This document shows positions 51,094 to 61,090 of a stretch of DNA of 64,000 bases, piece after piece (the stretch's first letter is position 1; every line of letters starts with the position of its first letter). This DNA comes from Bacteroidetes bacterium UKL13-3 (GTDB taxonomy: Bacteria > Bacteroidota > Bacteroidia > UKL13-3): assembly GCA_001602415.1 (NCBI GenBank), contig CP012155.1, positions 3,086,143 to 3,150,142 of the forward strand. Reading direction: 5' to 3'. The notes below the pieces were generated by a model. The model was not told the origin of the DNA. It ran no database searches and worked only from the letters and a program-made list of their open reading frames with translations. Both the position numbers and the translations under genes were made by a program.

Positions 51094-51218
51094 TATTTGT
51101 ATTTTGTTGTTTCACAAATTTAATTAAATTTTAACACATCTACACCAATTGCATACCCATAAATTTTCCCATTAGCATTTTTGTAAATACGGATTTTATT
51201 GCAAGCCATTCCGAGGTT
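51094..51218. repeat. direct repeat R2 (the genuine 3' end plus 26 bp downstream of the 785-aa gene)
   Basis: Same sequence family as R1. R1 and R2 bracket the CPBP protease gene. Confidence 0.8.
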
Positions 51219-53477
51219 CACTGTTGTCCACGTAAGACCGCCATCTTTGGTTTCGAAGCCGCTGTTCATAGTGCCTACAAAGCCGTGGTTTTCGTCAATA
51301 AACCCAATGCCAAATTCTCTTGCTCCAGCATCTTCAACTAAGTTGATTTCATTCCAAGTTTCACCGCCATCCGTTGTTTTGGCAATGCGTTGTTGTTTTA
51401 CATTTGTATCTGGATTGTAGGATTGTATGGTAACATAGCCAACATCCTTTGTTGGGAAAGAAGCTTTCCAAGTGCCTTCAAATGGACGATTGGATTGGTA
51501 CACCTTTTTCCAGGTTTTTCCGCCATCGCTGGTTTTTAAAATTAAGGCGTTGGATTTTTCCATATCTTCATCTGAGGCAGCACAAACAAATCCGTTGTTT
51601 TTATCAAACATTTTGATATCAAAGAGCATTTTACAATCGTTGTTCATACTATTGGATGTCCATGTTGTACCACCATCGTGTGATACCATCATATTTGCTG
51701 GACTTCCAACGCGTCCAACTCCATAAATGTGAATTTTATAATCGGTTTTTCCGTGATTTATGTATTGTTCTTTGACGATATCCATGGCACAAAGTCCTTT
51801 CACATAAGGTCCAGCATATGAAACAGGATTCCAAGTTTTACCGCCATCATTGGTTCCATAAAGCGGAATAGTATCCGTTACATTTGGAAAATAGTCTGTA
51901 CCGACTGTTCCTGCAAAACCTCTTAAACTATCCACAAAGGCAATGCTTCGGAAAAAAGTTCCTTTTTTTTCCAATTGTTTTTCCCAGGTTTCACCACCAT
52001 TTTTTGTGTGGTGTATACTTCCGTAGCCGTTTACATACCAGCCTTCTGTTTCATTGATGAAAGCGATATCGTCTTGTTTACCCGGATAGCGGTCCGTATT
52101 CAATTTTTTCCATGCTTTTTCTAGAAGTTTAACCTCATCCTTTTTGGATAAAACGTCATTGCTCCATTGCACAGCAGATAAACCCACCTCGGGATTATAC
52201 TCATCAAACAATTGCTCATATTTTCCTTCGGAAAATTTGTTGTATGCTTCTTGCATTGTACCCGATTTGGCAAAAAAATGATCGGTAAGCGGATATGTTT
52301 TTAATGTTGCATTTCCGGGGTTAAAATGGTTTACTGTATTAACAATTTGTTGGTGATCACTTTTAGAAAATGCCTGAAAATCGGACTCGCCAAATTGCAC
52401 CAAGACTTTTGCAGTAGTATTTTTCCAATTTTCTAAATGAGGGTAATCCTGAATTTGTCGCCAATACTCGGCATTTCTAGAATAAATTTTTCCTTTTCCA
52501 TTGTATTCCCAACTAGTGCGTAAAATACTGTCTGCTTTAGGATCTTTAGCAATATCCTCTAGTTTTTCTTTCTTAACAAAGTAACGATAATTTAAATCAT
52601 ATTGATCAATTACAGATTGTTCTACTTCTATCGGGTTCATGCCTGCCAATGCATTTTGAACGCGATACATTTCGATTTGATATTCAAACCAAGATTTAGC
52701 AGTAGTTCCATATACTACAACACCCGCAACCTTATTTTTTGCACTAATTGCTGGCGCAACAATTCCACCCATGGAATGACCAACAATAATGATTTGATTG
52801 GAATCTACATAAGGAAGAGACTTCAATTTTTTCAGTCCGACTTCAAAATTTTCAATTTCATCCAATAAATCACATGATTCACAAGGGGGCGTGTTTTTGC
52901 TGTCGCCTAAACCACTTTTTTCAATCCGAAGCGTCACGTAACCTGCGTCTACATAGGCGTCCACAATACGTTTGTAGGGATGATCGTTGGTCAAAGCATC
53001 AATACTACTGCACGTATATCCCGGAATGAAGAGCATGGCAGGCATCTTGTTCTCTTTGAAGGGCTTATTGATAATTACGCGTAGCTGTCCGCCTTTGTAA
53101 TTCGCTTCATCGTAAATGACAGTGGCGTTATCATCTGTTTCGTAAGGACGGGCAACAGCTTTTGCTTTTAACACAAGTTTCTTTTTGCCACGCAAGACCG
53201 TTACCTGAACTTCTTGGTTTGGAGAATAAGTTAAGAATTGTTGAGTGAATTCATCTGTTGAAGCAAACGTGGAATTACCAATTTTGACAATCAAATCCTT
53301 TTCTAGCAATTTAAGTGCAACACTTGTTCCTCGTGCAACTTGCTTCACTTTACAACCGGAAGTTCCATTTTCGGTGACGAATTCAACTCGTGCACCGAAT
53401 TGTACTTTACGCTGAAGTTGGGAATACCCATTAAAACTAATAAAGAATAGAAAACAAAGAGAAAATAATCGAATCAT
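51120..53477 (-). CDS. secreted multidomain protein: PDZ-like domain plus alpha/beta-hydrolase (GHSMGG nucleophile elbow) plus a C-terminal BNR/Ycf48-like beta-propeller (6 repeats of S/TxDGGxTW)
   Basis: Signal peptide MIRLFSLCFLFFISFNGYSQ. GHSMGG. BNR repeats TKNGGETW, TNDGGKTW, SHDGGTTW, TSDGGKTW, TTDGGETW, TKDGGLTW spaced about 40-50 aa apart. Confidence 0.7.
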   Translation of the reverse strand: MIRLFSLCFLFFISFNGYSQLQRKVQFGARVEFVTENGTSGCKVKQVARGTSVALKLLEKDLIVKIGNSTFASTDEFTQQFLTYSPNQEVQVTVLRGKKKLVLKAKAVARPYETDDNATVIYDEANYKGGQLRVIINKPFKENKMPAMLFIPGYTCSSIDALTNDHPYKRIVDAYVDAGYVTLRIEKSGLGDSKNTPPCESCDLLDEIENFEVGLKKLKSLPYVDSNQIIIVGHSMGGIVAPAISAKNKVAGVVVYGTTAKSWFEYQIEMYRVQNALAGMNPIEVEQSVIDQYDLNYRYFVKKEKLEDIAKDPKADSILRTSWEYNGKGKIYSRNAEYWRQIQDYPHLENWKNTTAKVLVQFGESDFQAFSKSDHQQIVNTVNHFNPGNATLKTYPLTDHFFAKSGTMQEAYNKFSEGKYEQLFDEYNPEVGLSAVQWSNDVLSKKDEVKLLEKAWKKLNTDRYPGKQDDIAFINETEGWYVNGYGSIHHTKNGGETWEKQLEKKGTFFRSIAFVDSLRGFAGTVGTDYFPNVTDTIPLYGTNDGGKTWNPVSYAGPYVKGLCAMDIVKEQYINHGKTDYKIHIYGVGRVGSPANMMVSHDGGTTWTSNSMNNDCKMLFDIKMFDKNNGFVCAASDEDMEKSNALILKTSDGGKTWKKVYQSNRPFEGTWKASFPTKDVGYVTIQSYNPDTNVKQQRIAKTTDGGETWNEINLVEDAGAREFGIGFIDENHGFVGTMNSGFETKDGGLTWTTVNLGMACNKIRIYKNANGKIYGYAIGVDVLKFN

Positions 53478-53535
53478 AGCTTTTTTTTAAGACAAAATAA
53501 AACTTTTTCAGGAACTTCCTCTTGTCAAAAATTGC

Positions 53536-54384
53536 TTATTTTATAAATTGACTTGGTGATTGCCCAAACGCTTGTTTGAATGCTTTAGAGAAAGAAGCCA
53601 AATCGGCATAGCCATAAGCAAAAGCAGTATCAAGAATAGAAACACCTTTTAGTATTTCGAGTTTCGCATTCTCTAATCTTCTCCGGATTTGATATTGATA
53701 AGGGGATATTCCAAAAACGTTCTTAAAATGGCGAATGAACTGATATTTTGATATACCAGCCGCTGAACTCATTTCTTCCAACGACAAGTTTTTCATTGCT
53801 TGCAGATCAAGCAATTCCTTTGCATTAAGTAATAAGCGAAAAACCTCTTCATTGGTATTTACTTTTTTAAAATCCATTTTATTCAAATGATTGAATATAA
53901 AACGCTGGTCAGTGATTATGGATTCTGCCAATGAGTAGAACAGTTCTTCCTGTAAAAACTGCATATCGTGGTTTCTTGTTTTGATAGATTCATTAATGTC
54001 AACCAATGAATAACCTAATGTGGTGTTTTTGATATTGTAGCGATTCACAAAAAACTGATCGGAGAGCAAAAATTCCGTGAGGTCTATACCGTTCAAATCA
54101 TAATAGTCGGCTACTTCAGAAATGATTTCAGAAGAAACATCAATGCAAAGGCCTTGAACTGGTTTCTCGTGATCTATTTTAACAATTGAAGATGTGAAAT
54201 CGTTTCCAATGATGTATTCACCCTCTTTAACTGAAAATTTTTTATCATTGGCTAAATAGGTTTCTTCACCGGATGCGACATATTTGATACCCAAACCAGT
54301 AAAAGGCGTTTCGGCTTCTAGTTTGTTGAACTCTGAAAACCGAATGGCGTTTTTATTTTCGTCTTGATAAATTGTCTGATTCAT
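53536..54384 (-). CDS. AraC family transcriptional regulator
   Basis: C-terminal AraC-type dual HTH (...LSLEEMSSAAGISKYQFIRHFKNVFGISPYQYQIRRRLENAKLEILKG...). Confidence 0.8.
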   Translation of the reverse strand: MNQTIYQDENKNAIRFSEFNKLEAETPFTGLGIKYVASGEETYLANDKKFSVKEGEYIIGNDFTSSIVKIDHEKPVQGLCIDVSSEIISEVADYYDLNGIDLTEFLLSDQFFVNRYNIKNTTLGYSLVDINESIKTRNHDMQFLQEELFYSLAESIITDQRFIFNHLNKMDFKKVNTNEEVFRLLLNAKELLDLQAMKNLSLEEMSSAAGISKYQFIRHFKNVFGISPYQYQIRRRLENAKLEILKGVSILDTAFAYGYADLASFSKAFKQAFGQSPSQFIK

Positions 54385-54599
54385 ATATGTTTTGACGATG
54401 TTGTGGCTAACCTTTTCTCGCTTGGCCTTTAGGTTTGTAAGTATTAAAAGCTAATATAAATTTACTCAAAGTGTGTACAACAACAAACCCACCTATCACT
54501 AAATAACTAAACTTTCAATCGATAACACCATAGGCCAGTGTGCTTCCGTGCAACATTAGCTTCATTGTGAGTCCTGCGGACGCAACGAAGCCTTAGCTG

Positions 54600-55199
54600 T
54601 TAGCTGCTGGGCTTATTTGACCGACTCTCTAATACTTCTTCAATTTCTTCAAAAGTAATTTTTTTTGCTTTGAGTAAAATTAAAAAGTGATAGAGTAAAT
54701 CGGCAGCTTCGTTTTTAAAGAGTTCATCGTTATTATCTTTGGCTTCAATCACTAATTCTACTGCTTCTTCGCCAACTTTTTGAGCTACTTTATTGATGCC
54801 TTTTTTGAATAATTTATCCGTGTAAGAATTTTCATCATCGTTATCAATACGCCCGGAAATCGTGTTTTGCAACTGATATAAAAATCCTTTTGAAGTTTCT
54901 TCTTTAAAACAAGATGTACTTCCTGTGTGGCAGGTTGGTCCTTGCGGAGTAGCTTTTATCAATATGGTGTCATTATCGCAATCTACTCTGATCTCATTTA
55001 CCAATAAAAAGTTGCCTGAGGATTCTCCTTTTGTCCATAAGCGATTTTTACTACGACTAAAAAAAGTAACTTTTTTTTCTTGTTGCGTTTTTGCAAATGC
55101 TTCTTCATTCATATAACCCAACATCAATATTTGTAATGTTGCATTATCTTGAATGATTGCTGGAACAAGCCCATTATTTTTTTGAAAATCTATTCTCAT
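54600..55199 (-). CDS. hisIE: bifunctional phosphoribosyl-AMP cyclohydrolase / phosphoribosyl-ATP pyrophosphatase
   Basis: HisI region with [25 protein letters not shown], plus a C-terminal HisE helical domain. Confidence 0.85.
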   Translation of the reverse strand: MRIDFQKNNGLVPAIIQDNATLQILMLGYMNEEAFAKTQQEKKVTFFSRSKNRLWTKGESSGNFLLVNEIRVDCDNDTILIKATPQGPTCHTGSTSCFKEETSKGFLYQLQNTISGRIDNDDENSYTDKLFKKGINKVAQKVGEEAVELVIEAKDNNDELFKNEAADLLYHFLILLKAKKITFEEIEEVLESRSNKPSS

Positions 55200-55897
55200 C
55201 TTACGGAAATATTTTCTGTTTTTAAATACTGTTTTAATTGTGGAATTGGAATTTCTCCAAAGTGAAAAATACTAGCTGCTAATGCTGCGCTTACTTTTGT
55301 TTGCTCAAAGACTTCTTTAAAATGCACTTTGCTTCCAGCTCCTCCAGAAGCAATTACGGGAATATTAACTGCACAACTTACTTCGTTAGAAATATCCAGC
55401 GCAAAGCCATTTTTGGTGCCATCGTTATTCATGGAAGTCAATAAAATTTCTCCTGCGCCTAATTTCTCCGCTTGTTTTGCCCAATCGAGTGTTTTAATGC
55501 CTGTCGGAATTTCTCCTCCGCTTACAAATACTGTCCATTCGCCATTTTCAAACTTGGTATCAATAGCTAATGCTACACACTGACTACCAAACTCATTGGC
55601 AATTTTTGTAATCAAATTTGGATTTTTAACCGCAGATGAATTGATGCTCACCTTGTCTGCGCCAGATTTTATAACCGCTTGTGCATCTTCTAAAGAATTA
55701 ATGCCTCCACCTACCGTGAACGGAATATTGATTTCTTTCGCAATTCTGCTCACCAATTCTGATAGCGTTTTACGTTTCTCGATAGTTGCTGTAATATCTA
55801 AAAACACCAACTCATCTGCTCCGTCTTGCACGTAGCGTTTGGCTAATTCTATTGGATCGCCTGCATCTTTAATATCCACAAAATTAACACCTTTCAC
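55196..55897 (-). CDS. hisF: imidazole glycerol phosphate synthase cyclase subunit HisF, N-terminally truncated (no ATG; in-frame TAA 12 codons upstream of the first possible GTG)
   Basis: Aligns to HisF from [20 protein letters not shown]... to the C-terminus. The in-frame upstream sequence reads [17 protein letters not shown]. The expected MLAKRIIPCLD segment and its start codon are absent, and the only start before the conserved core is that GTG. Confidence 0.7.
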   Translation of the reverse strand: MKGVNFVDIKDAGDPIELAKRYVQDGADELVFLDITATIEKRKTLSELVSRIAKEINIPFTVGGGINSLEDAQAVIKSGADKVSINSSAVKNPNLITKIANEFGSQCVALAIDTKFENGEWTVFVSGGEIPTGIKTLDWAKQAEKLGAGEILLTSMNNDGTKNGFALDISNEVSCAVNIPVIASGGAGSKVHFKEVFEQTKVSAALAASIFHFGEIPIPQLKQYLKTENISVR

Positions 55898-56117
55898 GGT
55901 TCTTCCGGCTTTGATGTCTGGTTTAGCCCCTTATAAGTTGGACTGATTATTAAAAACAGTTTGAGAATTTAGCTCATTATTTGTTTCCGTTAATAGACAA
56001 AGTTGTGCTAAATAAAGACTTGTGCTAGCAATTTGAGCATTTCTTCACTGCAATTTATGTACCTTTACATTCAATTCAATTTCTGTAACACATACCACCA
56101 ATCTCCATAACAACTTA

Positions 56118-56552
56118 ATGGCAGTATACGTAGATTTATGCAACTTAATAATCGATAAACGGGCAATCACCGAAAAATACGATGGTGGACTCGCACAATT
56201 TAGAGTGGATTACAACATACCTACATCCGAGGTTAATCAGGAAGATGATGAATTATTTTTATTAGCAAAAATGAATGCCGATGAATTTGACTTGAACGCA
56301 CTTATTGCCAAAGGCCTGCATTTTGATAATGACAAGTATCAATCCAATGATTTTAGTATACTTCCCAGATATAGTGGCTTTTTATGGGAAACAGATTGGG
56401 TTCAACACAATGGAGTATTTGCCTGGCATATAAACACCAGTCAAGAGGTTTTAGCAAAGGTGAATGAAATCAGTAATTTAACAGTAGACGTTATCCTTGA
56501 GGAAATCGAAAAAGGAAATATTCTACTAAAGACTATACGAATTGAGGAATAA
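56118..56552 (+). CDS. hypothetical protein
   Basis: 144-aa ORF with no recognisable motif. Lies where hisA would be expected. Confidence 0.4.
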   Translation: MAVYVDLCNLIIDKRAITEKYDGGLAQFRVDYNIPTSEVNQEDDELFLLAKMNADEFDLNALIAKGLHFDNDKYQSNDFSILPRYSGFLWETDWVQHNGVFAWHINTSQEVLAKVNEISNLTVDVILEEIEKGNILLKTIRIEE

Positions 56553-56789
56553 CATTCATACCTTATCCGTTACAGCCATATAGCATATAATTCTTGAATA
56601 ATTAGGCAAACACCACGTTCAGTCAATAAATTATTGCATACTATTGGGTGGATATTTAGTGCCTTAAATTGGCTGCAAATAATAATACCATAACATGTTT
56701 TTTACGCACTATCTTGCAGTATTAAATTAGATGCGCAATTTTTTACATGCTTCACCTGAAAATTATTTTTTATACTAAATCGCGTTCTC

Positions 56790-57383
56790 ATGAAAATAGC
56801 CATTATCATCATCTTATCCCTAATAGCAATTATGGCAATAGCACAAGTGTTTATCTCAAATAGCACTCATCAAACAGAGCAACATCAATATCAGGTGTTA
56901 AAAACATTTGATAAGTTTGAAATAAGAAAGTATGACGCTGCATTATTTTCAAGTGTAAAAATGAACAAGAAGGGCTATAAAGAGAATTCGAGCGAAGGCT
57001 TTCGCATATTAGCTGGATATATTTTTGGTGACAATGAAACCAATGAAAAAATTGCCATGACTACGCCCGTTGCGATGGAACTTGGCGATACCACCAAAAT
57101 GATGTTTATGGTTCCTAAAAATTATGACCTAGATAATTTACCTAATCCTAAAAACAAAAAAATCGTATTTGAGAAACAAGCGCAAAAGGTAATGGCTGCG
57201 ATACGTTTTGACGGCTGGGCAAATGATGACAAAATTGAACAGTATAAAAATGTACTAGTGCAGGAACTTGCTAAAGAGCATATACCTCACCATAACAAAT
57301 TTATTTTTTTAGGCTATAATCCACCTTTTGAAATGACCAACAGGCGCAATGAAGTAATTGTAGAACTGATTGACTATAAATAA
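56790..57383 (+). CDS. SOUL/HBP heme-binding family protein (secreted)
   Basis: 197 aa with a signal/TM N-terminus, and ...YQVLKTFDKFEIRKYDAALFSSV...GFRILAGYIFGDNE typical of the SOUL family. Confidence 0.65.
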   Translation: MKIAIIIILSLIAIMAIAQVFISNSTHQTEQHQYQVLKTFDKFEIRKYDAALFSSVKMNKKGYKENSSEGFRILAGYIFGDNETNEKIAMTTPVAMELGDTTKMMFMVPKNYDLDNLPNPKNKKIVFEKQAQKVMAAIRFDGWANDDKIEQYKNVLVQELAKEHIPHHNKFIFLGYNPPFEMTNRRNEVIVELIDYK

Positions 57384-57452
57384 AACATTACTAGCTGAAC
57401 AAATAAGGCTAAGTGGACGTATAATCATTTGAAACACGCAAAACACTAAAAC

Positions 57453-57788
57453 ATGATAAACTATATTATAATGGCGCAAATTATTGTAGCCGCATCTGTT
57501 GCTTACGTATGGATTTTTAGATACGACACGATTACAGCAGAATTTAAACAGTTTGGGCTAAGCGATTTAACACGAACCTTTGTAGGAGCTCTTAAAATAG
57601 CACTTTCCACACTTCTGTTAGTTGGTATTTGGTACCCAACACTAGTGCTTATAACATCTGTTTTGATGGGTATATTGATGTTGGCTGCACAGTATTTTCA
57701 TTTTAAAATTAAAAACCCATTTACTAAACATTTTCCGTCATTATTCCTTTTAATATTATGCATCTACATGGTACTAACCGCATGGTAG
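57453..57788 (+). CDS. DoxX-like small membrane protein
   Basis: 111 aa with 4 TM helices. Tandem with a paralogous ORF. Confidence 0.55.
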   Translation: MINYIIMAQIIVAASVAYVWIFRYDTITAEFKQFGLSDLTRTFVGALKIALSTLLLVGIWYPTLVLITSVLMGILMLAAQYFHFKIKNPFTKHFPSLFLLILCIYMVLTAW

Positions 57789-57798
57789 ATGACTATTT

Positions 57799-58143
57799 AT
57801 GTATTACACTTATGTTGCAGCCATTTTAATATCAAGTATTTCTTTTCTGGTTTATGCTGTTTCCTATTTTGTTTCGCCTCATATGAAAAATGAGTTCGAG
57901 CGTTTTGGTTTAGCCAAGTGGGGCTTGCTCACAATTATCTTAGAAATTATGGGCGCACTAGGGCTATTGGTTGGGTTGGTTTACAAACCCATTTTGATCA
58001 TTGCATGCGGTGGTTTAAGCTTGTTAATGCTGTTTGGTTTACTGGCAAGAATAAAATCGAAAGATAGTTTGCGAATATCACTACCAGCAATATTTTATAT
58101 GGTATTAAACGGCTATATCTTTTACCTAACAGTGAATTTATAG
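57799..58143 (+). CDS. DoxX-like small membrane protein (paralog)
   Basis: 114 aa with 4 TM helices, ...RFGLAKWGLLTIILEIMGALGLLVGL similar to the upstream ORF ...QFGLSDLTRTFVGALKIALSTLLLVG. Confidence 0.55.
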   Translation: MYYTYVAAILISSISFLVYAVSYFVSPHMKNEFERFGLAKWGLLTIILEIMGALGLLVGLVYKPILIIACGGLSLLMLFGLLARIKSKDSLRISLPAIFYMVLNGYIFYLTVNL

Positions 58144-58303
58144 GAAGATATAATTACCTGTATGATATGCCCCTAAAACATATCAGCCGTTATTGATGCC
58201 AACACAAAGTTGGACAGACATAACACGAGTGGAACTAGCAGCTTCTGGAGAGAACAAAAGCTACTTATATTTCAAATTGGGGTTATTTCAACATAACTCG
58301 TTA

Positions 58304-59377
58304 CTATGCCAATCCACCCTCTTTTAATTTTTCGGCATTTTCGGCAAACTGCAACTGATCAATAAAATCTTGAATATCGCCATCCATTACTTGCGGCAAA
58401 TTATACACAGTATAGCCAATGCGGTGATCGGTAACACGTCCTTGAGGATAATTATAGGTACGGATTTTAGCAGAACGATCACCCGTTGAAACCATCGTTT
58501 TACGGGAGCTGGCAACTTTTTCGTTGTACTTATTCAATTCAATTTCATACAACTTGGAACGTAACATAGCCATTGCACGTTCACGGTTACCCAATTGTGA
58601 ACGTTCTATCTGACATACAACCACAATTCCTGAAGGCCTGTGTGTAAGCTGTACTTTGGTTTCTACTTTGTTTACATTTTGTCCGCCCGCACCACCCGAG
58701 CGCGATGTTTGCAAATCAATATCAGCCGGATTTAAGTACACATCCACCTCTTCGGCTTCGGGCAATACCACAACCGTTGCTGCGGATGTATGCACACGTC
58801 CTTGTGTTTCTGTATCGGGTACTCGTTGAACACGGTGTACGCCACTTTCGTATTTTAAAATTCCGTAAGGTTCTTCACCTTCAATCTCCATCACAATTTC
58901 TTTATACCCTCCGGCTGTTCCTTCGGTAAAATCAACTACTGTAACTTTCCAACCACGCTTTTCACAATAACGTGAGTACATGCGGTACAAATCACCGGCA
59001 AAAATACTTGCCTCATCGCCACCGGTTCCTCCACGAATTTCGAGGATTGCATTTTTTTCATCACCCGGATCTTTGGGGATCAACAACACTTTTATTTCCT
59101 CTTCAATAACCGAAACTTTGGGCTCCATTTCATCCAACTCCATCTTGGCCATTTCACGAATCTCCTCGTCTTTCTCGGTTGAAAGGATGTGTTTGCAATT
59201 ATCAATATTGCCCATGAGTAAACGGTACTCGTGGTATTTATCTACTACTTTCTGAAGGTCTTTGTATTCTTTGTTCAATTGCTTGAACTTTTTCATATCC
59301 GCCAATACACCAGGATCGGTGAGTTTATCACCAACCTGCGTGTGTCGTTGTTCAATGGCTTCTAATTTATCTAACAT
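58304..59377 (-). CDS. prfA: peptide chain release factor 1
   Basis: GGQ motif ([31 protein letters not shown]) and the RF1-type recognition region [24 protein letters not shown]. 357 aa. Confidence 0.9.
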   Translation of the reverse strand: MLDKLEAIEQRHTQVGDKLTDPGVLADMKKFKQLNKEYKDLQKVVDKYHEYRLLMGNIDNCKHILSTEKDEEIREMAKMELDEMEPKVSVIEEEIKVLLIPKDPGDEKNAILEIRGGTGGDEASIFAGDLYRMYSRYCEKRGWKVTVVDFTEGTAGGYKEIVMEIEGEEPYGILKYESGVHRVQRVPDTETQGRVHTSAATVVVLPEAEEVDVYLNPADIDLQTSRSGGAGGQNVNKVETKVQLTHRPSGIVVVCQIERSQLGNRERAMAMLRSKLYEIELNKYNEKVASSRKTMVSTGDRSAKIRTYNYPQGRVTDHRIGYTVYNLPQVMDGDIQDFIDQLQFAENAEKLKEGGLA

Positions 59378-59412
59378 AATATCTGCTTAAAAACGGAGGG
59401 CAAATATATAAC

Positions 59413-60342
59413 CTAGAAGCCGTAAATGCTTACTTCGGCTGATTTTAGCAGGTAAACTCGGTCTTTTTCAATGCTTACGTCCCTAATTTCCGTGGCATCG
59501 GGCAATGTAAATACCTGAATGTCGAAAGATTTTAAACGGTATTTTTTGAGTTGAAAAGATTGCCAATAATATACCTCATCATTTATCACTTTAATTTCAG
59601 TGCATCCTTTAATGGGCAACGTTTTTGCGTAAGTGCCAAAAATATTGAACATGAGCACACCATTGGCTGAATCATTTACAAATACCTTTTCATTGTTATC
59701 ATACAAAAACAATACGGCACTCGGTTGGGTAGCGTATTGCCTAATATTTCCTGTGGTTTGGAGATTCTCTCCATTTTTATCCATCTTTTTTAACTGCAAA
59801 TCACCTAAATCAAATACCCAAATTCCATTATCAAACGAGCGGCAAATGGCTGCTGCCTGACCAATACCATAGTCGCCCAGTTTCATTTCGCCACGGTATG
59901 CAAGGTTATTATCCAAAAACACCACCAAGTTTAGCTCTTTGTAAAACACATAAATCTCCATAGGATTGGTAGCATCAACATGGGTAATGTTTCCAAGGTA
60001 TTTGTAATTGAGTGTGCTCAGTAGTTTTCCGTTAGCTCCATATTTATACAACTGATTTGTTTTGCTCACGATATATAGATTTCCCAGTCGGTCGGTTTGG
60101 ATATCTTTGGCTTCAATGGGAATGGTTTTGATGAGGATGAAACCGGAGTCAGTTTGAGTTGAGAGTTGAGATTTAGGATTTGAGAATGCTTGTGGTTGGA
60201 CGTTAGAAATAGGATTATCTTTTCTTTCGAATTTCGAATTTCGAATTTCAAATCTTTTTTCCCAAACCATCGCAGCTTGCGCAGTGAAAACGACTAACCA
60301 CAAACCACAAACCACAAACAGTAACCGTTTCCTAACCTTCAT
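59413..60342 (-). CDS. hypothetical secreted protein (beta-rich)
   Basis: Signal peptide MKVRKRLLFVVCGLWLVVFTAQA. The 5' coding region contains two heptanucleotide x3 tandem repeats. Confidence 0.5.
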   Translation of the reverse strand: MKVRKRLLFVVCGLWLVVFTAQAAMVWEKRFEIRNSKFERKDNPISNVQPQAFSNPKSQLSTQTDSGFILIKTIPIEAKDIQTDRLGNLYIVSKTNQLYKYGANGKLLSTLNYKYLGNITHVDATNPMEIYVFYKELNLVVFLDNNLAYRGEMKLGDYGIGQAAAICRSFDNGIWVFDLGDLQLKKMDKNGENLQTTGNIRQYATQPSAVLFLYDNNEKVFVNDSANGVLMFNIFGTYAKTLPIKGCTEIKVINDEVYYWQSFQLKKYRLKSFDIQVFTLPDATEIRDVSIEKDRVYLLKSAEVSIYGF

Positions 60343-61084
60343 ACTTTTTGAGTTCAACTGTTTTTCCATCATATACCACGTAGGTATTGTATTGCATCCA
60401 GTCGCCTAAATTGATAACGTGGCTTGTGCCAATATTCTTATCAAATGGGAAATGGCGATGGCCCAATATGAAATAATCAATGCTTGAATCCTGTTGCAAT
60501 TTTTCTTTAGCATACAACATCAAGTATTCTTTGTCATCTCCCAAATACACCTGATCGGCAGTATATCCTTGTTGTTTGCTACGATTTGAAAACCAATTGG
60601 CAATGGTTAAACCAATATTGGGGTGAAAGAAGGCGAATAAGCGCTGAAAAAAGTAATTCCGATAAATGCCTAGGATAAACTTAAAGCCTCGTTGTCCGGG
60701 ACCTAAACCATCGCCATGTGCTATGTGAAATTTCTTACCCATCAATTCAATGGTAATGGGGTTGGGGTATACTTTACACCCAATCTCTTGTTCAAAATAA
60801 CCAAACATCCATAAATCGTGGTTACCATGAAACACGTGGAGGTTAATGCCTTTATCGGCAATCTCAGCCATCTTACCCAATAAACGAGTGAATCCTTTCG
60901 GAACAACTGTTTTAAACTCAAACCAGAAATCGAATAAATCACCTACCAAGTAAATATCACTGGCATCTTTCGACACTTCATCCAACCAACGAACTACTCG
61001 CTTTTCGCGTTCCAAGCTCGAAGCATGATCAGGAACTCCCAAGTGAAAATCTGAGGCGAAATATATTTTGTTGTGTGTAGTCAC
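60332..61084 (-). CDS. calcineurin-like metallophosphoesterase, LpxH-like (UDP-2,3-diacylglucosamine diphosphatase family)
   Basis: IYFASDFHLG, GDLFDFW, HGNHD, IAHGDG, ILGHRH metallophosphatase motifs in an LpxH-like arrangement. 250 aa. Confidence 0.6.
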   Translation of the reverse strand: MTTHNKIYFASDFHLGVPDHASSLEREKRVVRWLDEVSKDASDIYLVGDLFDFWFEFKTVVPKGFTRLLGKMAEIADKGINLHVFHGNHDLWMFGYFEQEIGCKVYPNPITIELMGKKFHIAHGDGLGPGQRGFKFILGIYRNYFFQRLFAFFHPNIGLTIANWFSNRSKQQGYTADQVYLGDDKEYLMLYAKEKLQQDSSIDYFILGHRHFPFDKNIGTSHVINLGDWMQYNTYVVYDGKTVELKKYEG

Positions 61085-61090
61085 TTTGTT

